A stretch of DNA of 64,000 nucleotides from Obrimoposthia wandeli (Eukaryota), in NCBI GenBank assembly GCA_977020255.1, contig CDROCS010000253.1, positions 372,001 to 436,000 on the forward strand, given 5' to 3'. A program made the translations under genes and the position numbers. Position 1 is the stretch's first letter, and every line of letters starts with the position of its first letter. A model generated the notes under the pieces. It was given only the letters and a program-made list of their open reading frames with translations, ran no database searches and was not told where the DNA came from. Below are positions 19,046 through 27,375 of the stretch, piece after piece.

Positions 19046-19647
19046 TATTTCACCTTAGTCAAGTCAACGAGGGTTTCGCTTGCTGGCGAGGCTACGGGAT
19101 AACGATAACGTTTAACCGCTTCCACCGCTTTAACACCATCCATTGGTGCTAAACTAGCGCCGCGTATTAATTGAACAGGATCAGCAACCATCATGGCAAG
19201 ATTTCGACTGCTGGCACAGCCTAAATCAGCATAACTAGTGCTATGACACGCGGGTGCAATAGCGCGAAAATACTCACTCGTAATAACTAAACTATCAGTT
19301 GGTTTATCGCTATAACGAAAAGCAATATTAGATCCCTGTATACCTAAGGTTAATAACCACTGATGTAATGCCTTTTGGTGGCGAGTAATTAATTGCTCAT
19401 GGCCAGCAACAAGTATTCGCTGTGGGTAGCTATTACCTTGCAAGGCAATAAATTTATATAATTGTGTTTGTTCTTTTCCACTAAGCGCTTCATTTATTAA
19501 GGTAAGTTCGAGCTTAGCATTAACAAGCTCTAATTCTATCGCGACTGCTTTTGCTGATACTGGCACTTCAGTGTATTGGGTAAGTGTATGGCTACAGCCA
19601 CTTAACAGCATAAGCACTAGCAGCATGAAAGAGGTTTGGTATAACAT
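19045..19647 (-). CDS. cpaD: CpaD/RcpB-like pilus lipoprotein
   Basis: LLSG-C lipobox; LGCASSRNLAMMVADPVQL motif; position in tad operon. Confidence 0.8.
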   Translation of the reverse strand: MLYQTSFMLLVLMLLSGCSHTLTQYTEVPVSAKAVAIELELVNAKLELTLINEALSGKEQTQLYKFIALQGNSYPQRILVAGHEQLITRHQKALHQWLLTLGIQGSNIAFRYSDKPTDSLVITSEYFRAIAPACHSTSYADLGCASSRNLAMMVADPVQLIRGASLAPMDGVKAVEAVKRYRYPVASPASETLVDLTKVK

Positions 19648-19688
19648 AATATTTCTTCTTGTTGTGGTTGTTACAGCGCCTGCTGCTA

Positions 19689-21128
19689 TCAATAGTAAAA
19701 GCCGTTATCGCCAAGCAATCTAGGTTGCTTGTCATTAACGGATAGCGACGGAACTACGTCATCTTGTTGCCAAGAGACATTAAATAAACGCTCTAGATCA
19801 CTATACGGCGTATAAAAATCGGTTGGTAATGCAAGATTTTTATCACGTGAAGGCTCTACCACATAAGCTTCGGCAATAATCACCAATTCAGTTTCATTAC
19901 GATTATAATTAGTTGAACGAAACAAGGCGCCGAGTACGGGTATATCGCCAAGAAAAGGAAACTTACTGACACTACTAGCTTCATCATTCATCAGTAATCC
20001 TGCCAGCATAAAGCTTTCTCCACTGGCTAGTTCCACGGTAGTTTTTGCGCGTCTGGCTTTGATAGCAGGTACGGATAAACCATTAAATGTCTGTGCACTA
20101 ATAAGATCTAAACTACTGACCTCAGGTTCAATTTGTAAACTAATACGCCTATCACTTAACACCGTTGGCGTTATATTAAGTAAGACACCATATTGTTTAT
20201 ATTCGATAACCACTTGACCATTTTGCGTTAAGCTCACTGGGATAGGAAATTCACCACCCGCCATAAAAGTAGCGGTTTCGCCAGACATAGCCGTTAAGTT
20301 GGGCTCAGCCAATAATTTTGCTGCCCCTTCTTTTGCTAACGCATCAAGCATTATGCTGTGCGAATTTAGCTTTAGGCCAAAAATTTTATTTAAACTGCCA
20401 AAAATATCGACACCAATAACTTTACCTACCGCTTGATTAACATCCATGCTCGAGCTACCCACACTTGGCTGACTCCAATTAGCATTTTGTATACCTAAGA
20501 AATTTTCCCCTGGATGTAAACCTAATTGAGTGGTAACTGTGCGAGAAACTTCAGCAATGCGTACGCGGATATTAACTTGATTGGGTAACGTGACCGCCAA
20601 CTGATTAATAGGCTCTAATACAGCATTACTCGCATCATTACTGGCATTTTTTTTCTCGCCAGCATTCGAACCTTCATTCTCAGTAGAAACCATATAACTG
20701 CGCGCTAATTCAATCACAGCCGTAGCCATAATGGCTGAGGGTACCGTGCCTTTTAGTAATAACTGACCATTATTTGATATCGCCTCAACCCTAGCTTGGG
20801 GGTATAATTCTGCAATTTGAGCATTTAACTCGGTAGTATTGTGTTGCACTTTAATCTGATCTGAAAAGATTACCGATCCGTTAGCATCGAGCGCATATAA
20901 ATTGGTGTTACCCGCTTGGCGACCAAAGATAAATATTTTATCTGCCGCTGGTACCTGATAACTGGCAATACTTGGGTTAGCAATAAAAATAGTGGTGGCT
21001 TTACTGGGTAAGTTGATTAAATAGCCTTCGCTTATACTTAATTCTAACGCTAAGCTCTGCCCCGTATAAAGGAACAATAAACTTGATAATGCCAATTTAA
21101 TTTGGCGGGTAAAAGGTAAAGCAGTCAT
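19689..21128 (-). CDS. rcpA: RcpA/CpaC secretin
   Basis: IFIANPSIA, QVNIRVRIAEV, LAEPNLTAMSGETATFMAGGEFPIP, PFLGDIPVLGALFRS; start at 21128 after AGGAG. Confidence 0.93.
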   Translation of the reverse strand: MTALPFTRQIKLALSSLLFLYTGQSLALELSISEGYLINLPSKATTIFIANPSIASYQVPAADKIFIFGRQAGNTNLYALDANGSVIFSDQIKVQHNTTELNAQIAELYPQARVEAISNNGQLLLKGTVPSAIMATAVIELARSYMVSTENEGSNAGEKKNASNDASNAVLEPINQLAVTLPNQVNIRVRIAEVSRTVTTQLGLHPGENFLGIQNANWSQPSVGSSSMDVNQAVGKVIGVDIFGSLNKIFGLKLNSHSIMLDALAKEGAAKLLAEPNLTAMSGETATFMAGGEFPIPVSLTQNGQVVIEYKQYGVLLNITPTVLSDRRISLQIEPEVSSLDLISAQTFNGLSVPAIKARRAKTTVELASGESFMLAGLLMNDEASSVSKFPFLGDIPVLGALFRSTNYNRNETELVIIAEAYVVEPSRDKNLALPTDFYTPYSDLERLFNVSWQQDDVVPSLSVNDKQPRLLGDNGFYY

Positions 21129-21129
21129 A

Positions 21130-22029
21130 TTACTCTTCTCCTGATTGCTTTTCTTTAGCATGACTAAGTACTTGTTTTTCGCCTTGCATTAACACCATAT
21201 GTGCACGCTGGGCATGTTGACCAAATTGCGGTAAAATATCAGCAAAGACGGTATCGGGGGGTATTTCTTCCGTGTGAATAGCTTCGGTATATTCTCCTGA
21301 GGAGCCACGTAATAATAAACTTAAGCGACCCAGTTGCTGTGCTATCGCTAGCTTTTGTGCCTGCTTTACACTTACTTCTAAGGTTACTGTACTGTCATCA
21401 TTATATGTAGGTTTACTTTCAGCATTACCATCATCCTCTATTTCTAATTTATTGAGTTCACGGTCAACGGCAATCAATCGCACATTAGCAACCAACTGTT
21501 GTACTGAAGCGCTGGCAGCAATTTGCCAAGCATCTTGCTCTTCACTACGTTTTAATTTGTGATAAAAAAGTACATCAACTCTATCGCCCGGACTCACTAA
21601 ACCAGCAATAGCCGATTGTGCATCAACCTTAATTGCCATAGCACGTTTACCACTCACTAATGAGGTGGTAAGAAAGTCACTATCCTGCACTAAAACCAGA
21701 CTATCAAACCGAACATAATCGCCACTTACTAATGGATAACGACTGATGGCACCTTTAAACGTTGCCAAGGTAAAGCCTTGACGTTTAATTAAGCCAACAA
21801 GATTTTGTTCCTGTTGTTCTGAAATCAGTTGCCAAGTAAAGTGTTGCGCTAAAACAGCTTCGCCTGCGTTAAGGTTGGTATTAAGTGTTAATACCTGAAT
21901 TTGTCTTTCATTTATCATCTCAGCATTAATCGCTGGTGCTTTAATGCCACTTAGCTGCAAATAAATACCAACAACACCAATAATTGCGATGCTAAAAGTT
22001 AGATAAATTATATTTCTGGTCGAAAACAT
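21130..22029 (-). CDS. cpaB: RcpC/CpaB pilus assembly protein (SAF domain)
   Basis: GKRAMAIKVD..AGLVSPGDRVDV, VTLEVS..AQQLGRLSLLLR. Confidence 0.9.
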   Translation of the reverse strand: MFSTRNIIYLTFSIAIIGVVGIYLQLSGIKAPAINAEMINERQIQVLTLNTNLNAGEAVLAQHFTWQLISEQQEQNLVGLIKRQGFTLATFKGAISRYPLVSGDYVRFDSLVLVQDSDFLTTSLVSGKRAMAIKVDAQSAIAGLVSPGDRVDVLFYHKLKRSEEQDAWQIAASASVQQLVANVRLIAVDRELNKLEIEDDGNAESKPTYNDDSTVTLEVSVKQAQKLAIAQQLGRLSLLLRGSSGEYTEAIHTEEIPPDTVFADILPQFGQHAQRAHMVLMQGEKQVLSHAKEKQSGEE

Positions 22030-22056
22030 CGAAACCAGCACTCCTAAAATATGTAA

Positions 22057-22548
22057 TTAAGTTAAAACAAGGGCCGCGCCAAGTGAGATAGCTATGCCAT
22101 AGGGAACTGTAATAATTGCTTTTTTATTACCTTGATAACGAGGGCTGAGTAAATTTAAACAAGAGTTATAACTGATGATTAATAACGCTATCAAACCGCC
22201 TATTAAGGTTGTTAATAACAAAAAAGTCTTAAGTTGTTCAAATTCAAACCAAACAGAAAGCGCTGCAATAAGTTTAATATCTCCGGCTGCCAAACCACCT
22301 AAGTGGTAAACAGGTATTGCCGCTAACATAAGTAATAGCGCCGTTAATATTCGTAGCCCTAATTCGTAAGACGAACCGCTAATGTCTTCTTGTTGTTGTA
22401 ATAGCAAAGTAAACACTGCACTTAGCAGCACTAGTAAAGACAAAGAATTAGGTAATTGGCGAAAACGCCAGTCCAAATAAATAGCGCTAACTAATAACAC
22501 GGCTAACAAGTAATTAAGGCCGATTAAAAACACAGTATTAGTTAACAT
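22057..22548 (-). CDS. tadV: TadV/CpaA prepilin peptidase (A24)
   Basis: LDWRFRQLPN, GGLAAGDIKL, VPYGIAI. Confidence 0.9.
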   Translation of the reverse strand: MLTNTVFLIGLNYLLAVLLVSAIYLDWRFRQLPNSLSLLVLLSAVFTLLLQQQEDISGSSYELGLRILTALLLMLAAIPVYHLGGLAAGDIKLIAALSVWFEFEQLKTFLLLTTLIGGLIALLIISYNSCLNLLSPRYQGNKKAIITVPYGIAISLGAALVLT

Positions 22549-22588
22549 TACTGAGCGTCATCCTTTCAACATCAGGTATTGATAACGA

Positions 22589-22789
22589 TTACTCTGCGGC
22601 AGTAAGTTCAGTAATTTTGGTTTTAATCGTTTCAAAAGTTTGCTCTATGATAGAGCTTAAACCTTCATCACCACCAAATGCTGACACCAACAAACCAACA
22701 ATAATGGCTGCTAATACGGAATATTCAATGGCAGAAACGCCACGCTGGTCTTGTAGAAAAGCTTTAAAATAATGATAAATGGGTAACAT
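22589..22789 (-). CDS. flp: Flp type IVb/c pilin
   Basis: FLQDQRG-VSAIEYSVLAAII Flp motif; 66 aa. Confidence 0.95.
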   Translation of the reverse strand: MLPIYHYFKAFLQDQRGVSAIEYSVLAAIIVGLLVSAFGGDEGLSSIIEQTFETIKTKITELTAAE

Positions 22790-22875
22790 GATGATTCACT
22801 GGGTTAATTAATGTTAATAAAATATTAATAAATGTTAATTTTTCGGTATCTTACCTAGAGAAAAACCATAATGCA

Positions 22876-22912
22876 AACAATAACTATTATCATTATAATT
22901 ATTGATCTCATT
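22876..22912. promoter_or_regulatory. Fur-box-like operator in the divergent flp / lipoprotein promoter
   Basis: AATAACTATTATCATTATA (22879-22897) matches GATAATGAT(A/T)ATCATTATC at 15/19; ATTATAAT (22892-22899) supplies TATAAT on both strands. Confidence 0.65.
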
Positions 22913-22966
22913 ACCATCTAATGTAATAATTTACTAATACCCCCACTCGTAGTAGATCAATTTTTC

Positions 22967-25114
22967 ATGCCCTTCAAATACTTTTTTTTAGTTAATATTA
23001 TTATGGTAAGTCTGCTGTTTGGCTGTAACTCTGACAATAATGACGCTTTTATTCCTAAATATGAGCAAGCAAAATACAGCGCAAATAAGTTCAGCTGCAT
23101 TGATAGCAATTTAAATGGTGACTGTAATGTTGGTGAAGCCGATTTATTAGCAAGTAAACAAGATTTGTTCTTAAATCAAAGCCCTGTTCTTGCTGTTTAC
23201 GATAACTTCACCCTTTCTGCTGTTGCTGGAAGTTCATTAATAACACCATTTACCACCTTAATTAATAATGAGGTTATGCATAACCCATTGGTGAGTGGCA
23301 GCATAGAGCAGGCTAAGTTTTATCTAAGTGAAAAGCTCTCTCTAGATTTTAGTAAGCTAGATAAATTTGATGGACCCGTCAGAGAAGGCAATCAAATAAT
23401 TGCCTCAATTATTAAAGCTCAAACAATTACTGCTGATAACCGTTACCTGCCAATTGCAGCCATGGTTGATTTGATGATTTACAGTAATAACTTGGACGTG
23501 CAAACGTTACAGATTCATGCTGATGCTTTAATTTATCCAGGTTTAGTGACAGGTAACTCTTATTTACTTGATGAAGATAGTAATGTCAGGTTTAGTCGAT
23601 TTGATTTACACCCAGTTACAGGACGAGCCATTATCGTTACCAGTAATAATCAATTGATTAGCTTAAACGCTAATAGTGGTGCTTATGCCAACATTGATAA
23701 TCAGGCTAAAAACCAAAAAACAGCACTCAGTTATAGAACAAAAAAAAATCAGAAAAAGTCTATTTCTAACGCCTACCGCAATCTAAATATTGCTACACCG
23801 AGAGATGGTGATGACGACGACGATGATGACGACGACGACGATGATGATGATTATAATGACTGGTTTGATTATTTGAATCAAACACGCAGCTCGGATATCA
23901 AGAATATAAAGCAGCATATTAATAGTAATAATTTCTTTATACTGACTAGTCAAGAAGCATCAACTATCACTGATGTATGTAATCCAAGTGGTGAATACGG
24001 TTTATTTTTATCAAATGTTCAACCTAATAATGAAAGTGATGTCCAAACAAAAGTAACCAATAGCAGGAAAATGACACTAAGTTATATTGATGGATTCACT
24101 TCGGCATCAACATCAACCCCGGTAATAGACAAACCTACCGTGATCCCACCTATTTTTGATAGTGAAGCCAGTTGTTATAATGATGCCATGATTACCATGG
24201 CAAGTAGCATAGACAGTAAGTTATTAGCGGTAGTACTTAATGATGGCTTAGGACATATTATTTATCGTCTTTCCGGTGAAAGTCTCACACCAACCCCTGA
24301 CTTTGGTTATAGAGTGCCTGACTTTATAACACTTGATCATATTGCTTTATCGACCAACGGCGAGTTACTGGCTTATACCGAACCAGAAAGCGGTAAATTA
24401 TCACTTATTGACACTAATAATATGAAGCTATTGGCAAGCTATCAACACGATAATAAGAAGCTCAGTCAAGTTCACTTTAGTGATGATAAGCAACTTGTTG
24501 CTATCAATACTGACCAAGAAGAACTCACTTTTATTGATATTATTGATAATCAACTCATTTTAAATAAAAGTTTGAAACTTGATTTTTCGCCAAGTGCTTT
24601 AAGTAGTAACCCCATAGCTAAAATAACGGTTGTGGCAAATGAAAAAAATATCAGTTTAGTTAAAGAAAATAATACTGACTTTACCGTTAAGCCAATGATA
24701 ACCGACTTTGATAACACCATAGAGCAAGTTGCAGTACTCTCTGATAAAGTAGTTTACACTACTGGTGAAGCATATCTTTCTGGTGCTGATACCATTAATT
24801 ATTTAAGCACAAACAGTATTATTGGCTCACCGCTTAGAGCGGCACAGCAATTTTTGACTGCTGGCATATTGATGGAAAATAGATCGGGTGTTTATTATCG
24901 CACTGGCTCCTTTTATTTACCCAAAAACCTGGATGAACATGGCATTAAAGGTATCACCATCGAGTGGTCAAGTAACCGCGGTGAAGAAATAAACTTAGAC
25001 AGTGGTGAAATTAACACTAGCTTCTATGAAGGTAGCTTGTTGTTGAGTGCAAAAATTCGCGGCGACTTCCGTTTCGAGCCAGCCACTATCACGAAAGTTT
25101 TTAAGGTAAATTAA
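22967..25114 (+). CDS. Surface lipoprotein: CxDxNxNxxC N-domain, poly-Asp tract, DGFTSAS motif, probable beta-propeller, C-terminal Ig-like domain
   Basis: LLFG-C lipobox; CIDSNLNGDC...ITPFTTLI; D14; C-terminal LPKN...GITIEWSS...SGEIN...LLSAKI...TKVFKV. Confidence 0.8.
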   Translation: MPFKYFFLVNIIMVSLLFGCNSDNNDAFIPKYEQAKYSANKFSCIDSNLNGDCNVGEADLLASKQDLFLNQSPVLAVYDNFTLSAVAGSSLITPFTTLINNEVMHNPLVSGSIEQAKFYLSEKLSLDFSKLDKFDGPVREGNQIIASIIKAQTITADNRYLPIAAMVDLMIYSNNLDVQTLQIHADALIYPGLVTGNSYLLDEDSNVRFSRFDLHPVTGRAIIVTSNNQLISLNANSGAYANIDNQAKNQKTALSYRTKKNQKKSISNAYRNLNIATPRDGDDDDDDDDDDDDDDYNDWFDYLNQTRSSDIKNIKQHINSNNFFILTSQEASTITDVCNPSGEYGLFLSNVQPNNESDVQTKVTNSRKMTLSYIDGFTSASTSTPVIDKPTVIPPIFDSEASCYNDAMITMASSIDSKLLAVVLNDGLGHIIYRLSGESLTPTPDFGYRVPDFITLDHIALSTNGELLAYTEPESGKLSLIDTNNMKLLASYQHDNKKLSQVHFSDDKQLVAINTDQEELTFIDIIDNQLILNKSLKLDFSPSALSSNPIAKITVVANEKNISLVKENNTDFTVKPMITDFDNTIEQVAVLSDKVVYTTGEAYLSGADTINYLSTNSIIGSPLRAAQQFLTAGILMENRSGVYYRTGSFYLPKNLDEHGIKGITIEWSSNRGEEINLDSGEINTSFYEGSLLLSAKIRGDFRFEPATITKVFKVN
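23810..23851 (+). repeat. GAY trinucleotide run encoding 14 consecutive Asp
   Basis: Mixed GAT/GAC codons. Confidence 0.95.
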
Positions 25115-25136
25115 CACTATATAATTAGTTCCAACG

Positions 25137-25171
25137 GCACAGATAAAGAGCTAAGAATCCTTTATCTGTGC
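25137..25171. terminator. Stem-loop between convergent genes
   Basis: GCACAGATAAAG-11nt-CTTTATCTGTGC. Confidence 0.7.
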
Positions 25172-25309
25172 TAATCAAGCGACATTTAATCTGCATTAGA
25201 AAGAACCTCATTGCCATTTATCTCGTCTATTGCACAAAAATAAAGCCACTACATTGCTGTAGAGGCTTTTTATCAATAAGTTAGTTGCTCACATCAAATC
25301 GATTTATTC

Positions 25310-26965
25310 TTAATCATTATCGATCAATAACGCTTTCATCATTTTTTGAGAAACGTCAGTGTGATGTTGCATAGTTGAAAATTGTTTGGTGATACTTGGC
25401 GGTCCAAAAACATAAACAGGTACAGGGCTCGCCGTATGCGTGCCTGTTCCCCAAACTATATTCTGTTCTGCGGATAAAGCCCTGCCAATCAAATTTCCAT
25501 GAACGTCATCACCATAAACATAGAATTCTTTAAAATCGTGTACTTTAGGGAATGTTTTTGCTGATAAATAGGTATGATTTTCTTGTTGGTGTTCATTAGG
25601 TTCACGTTGGCTAATTGATCGCGCTTGCTCTAGTGTTACTTTAAAATCACTATACTGATTAATAACCTCAAACCACTGTTCAGCCTTTGTGTCACTAAAT
25701 GAATAATTACTACTCACTTGGCTCATCATATCGTAAAAAGTTCGCTGCTGTTGATAGAGTCGATCAAGATTATCTACGGAGCCAAAATTGAAATTGGGTT
25801 TGTACTGGTTACCTGCCATACCATTGCCTGTTAAGGTTCTAGCACTTGGTACGTTCTTACGTGAATAGCTAAAGCCGAAACCACCCGTTTCGTGATCAGC
25901 GGTGACCACTAATAAAGTATCATTACGATCTTTAACCCACTCATAAACGGCGTTAACTGCTTCGTCAAACTTTAACAGCTCGTGTAACATCCAGCCAGCA
26001 TCATTAATATGTCCAGCCCAATCAATTTGCCCCCCTTCAACCATTAGAAAAAAACCTTTTTCATTTTTAGATAAGATGTCTAATGCAGATAATGTCATTT
26101 CACGTAATGAGGGCTGTGAACAGCTGGCTGATTTTTTACAAACACTATAAGCAATACCATTTTCCATAGCCGAATTAGCAAATAAGCCGAGCACTTTATT
26201 ACCTTCAATTTGATCTAATTGCTGCTGATTAAAAACAAGGTTATAGCCGTATTGGTTTTTTGCCTCAATAAGCAGATTACGCTTATCTTTACGTTTAGAA
26301 GATTTATAAAGTGTTTCTGTGGCACCTAAGTCCATCATAAGCTGTTGAGCACTACTATCTGTTTTGATATCGCTAGGTAAGAAATGTCTTGCTCCACCAG
26401 AAAGTAAAACATCAACACTACCTGACTCAATAAGTTCTTCGGCTATTTTATTTTCAAATGAGCGATGTGGTTGATGTGCAGCAAAAGCAGCAGGTGTTGC
26501 ATGCGTTATACGTGTGTCTGAAACCAAGCCAGTTGCTTTACCTTGGGCTTTTGCTTTTTCTAAAATAGTTTGCACTCTATTGCCGTTTTCATCTAAACCT
26601 ATCATTTCAGAACCAGCAGCTAATCCCGTTGCCAATTGAGTCGCAGAGCAAGCTGAGTCGACAACTAAACTGCCATATTGGCCATAAGGTGCCGTTAAGG
26701 ACAGCCCGACTTGGCCTGCCACAGCTAATTTGGTTAATGCGGTTTTATTACCTTTATTATTGTAGGTGGAGTGCTTTGCTCTTCGCGCATACTCCTCTAA
26801 CAAACCCACTTGTGGAGCGCCCATACCGTCACCAATCATTAAGATGACATTGTTAACTTTGCTGACCTTAGTAATTTTTTCCGTTTTAATTTCAAGGTGA
26901 TTATTACTACACCCGATCAAGCATAAAGAGGCGATGGTGAACATAAGTACTTTTTTATTAAACAA
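25310..26965 (-). CDS. phoA: Alkaline phosphatase PhoA family, lipoprotein
   Basis: VILMIGDGMG, VVDSACSATQLATG (catalytic Ser), THATPA, EGGQIDWAGH, TADHETGG; TTG start 26965 after GGAG; CLIG-C lipobox. Confidence 0.92.
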   Translation of the reverse strand: MFNKKVLMFTIASLCLIGCSNNHLEIKTEKITKVSKVNNVILMIGDGMGAPQVGLLEEYARRAKHSTYNNKGNKTALTKLAVAGQVGLSLTAPYGQYGSLVVDSACSATQLATGLAAGSEMIGLDENGNRVQTILEKAKAQGKATGLVSDTRITHATPAAFAAHQPHRSFENKIAEELIESGSVDVLLSGGARHFLPSDIKTDSSAQQLMMDLGATETLYKSSKRKDKRNLLIEAKNQYGYNLVFNQQQLDQIEGNKVLGLFANSAMENGIAYSVCKKSASCSQPSLREMTLSALDILSKNEKGFFLMVEGGQIDWAGHINDAGWMLHELLKFDEAVNAVYEWVKDRNDTLLVVTADHETGGFGFSYSRKNVPSARTLTGNGMAGNQYKPNFNFGSVDNLDRLYQQQRTFYDMMSQVSSNYSFSDTKAEQWFEVINQYSDFKVTLEQARSISQREPNEHQQENHTYLSAKTFPKVHDFKEFYVYGDDVHGNLIGRALSAEQNIVWGTGTHTASPVPVYVFGPPSITKQFSTMQHHTDVSQKMMKALLIDND

Positions 26966-27257
26966 GGGGTTTCTCCGATCTAAAACGATCGTAATAAAGT
27001 AAACGGCCATGAGTATAGACACGCTATATGACAATAATAAGATCGATGATATTACTATTAATGGCTTCAAATAATACAAATTAAATTAATAATGGTTCAA
27101 GTTTTAATGACGATAACTTTTCCAACATAAGGCATTTAATTGAGTGAAAGTTTGCTATTCGAATTTAGCGCACATTATTGTTAAATATCAGGCCTTCTGT
27201 CACTTAAAAGCATCTATTACTGAACGCCTAACGTTAAAAGCCAATCATTTAAGAAGT

Positions 27258-27323
27258 CTGTCACAATTCATTCGTTAAACGGTCATGATTAAGTCATTAT
27301 TTAGTCGATAATCCGTCATAAAC
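27258..27323 (+). promoter_or_regulatory. Tandem Pho-box (PhoB) array, six 11-bp units
   Basis: CTGTCAC-aatt / CATTCGT-taaa / CGGTCAT-gatt / AAGTCAT-tatt / TAGTCGA-taat / CCGTCAT-aaac in exact 11-bp phase; extra CTGTCAC at 27197. Confidence 0.8.
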
Positions 27324-27375
27324 AGTGAGCATACTTCCCCGCAATTAAAACAATAAACATTTATCTAGGGGATAT

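Noticed and set aside
26966-27079. N-terminal extension of PhoA in the ORF track
   Set aside because: RBS (GGAG) and lipoprotein signal point to TTG 26965
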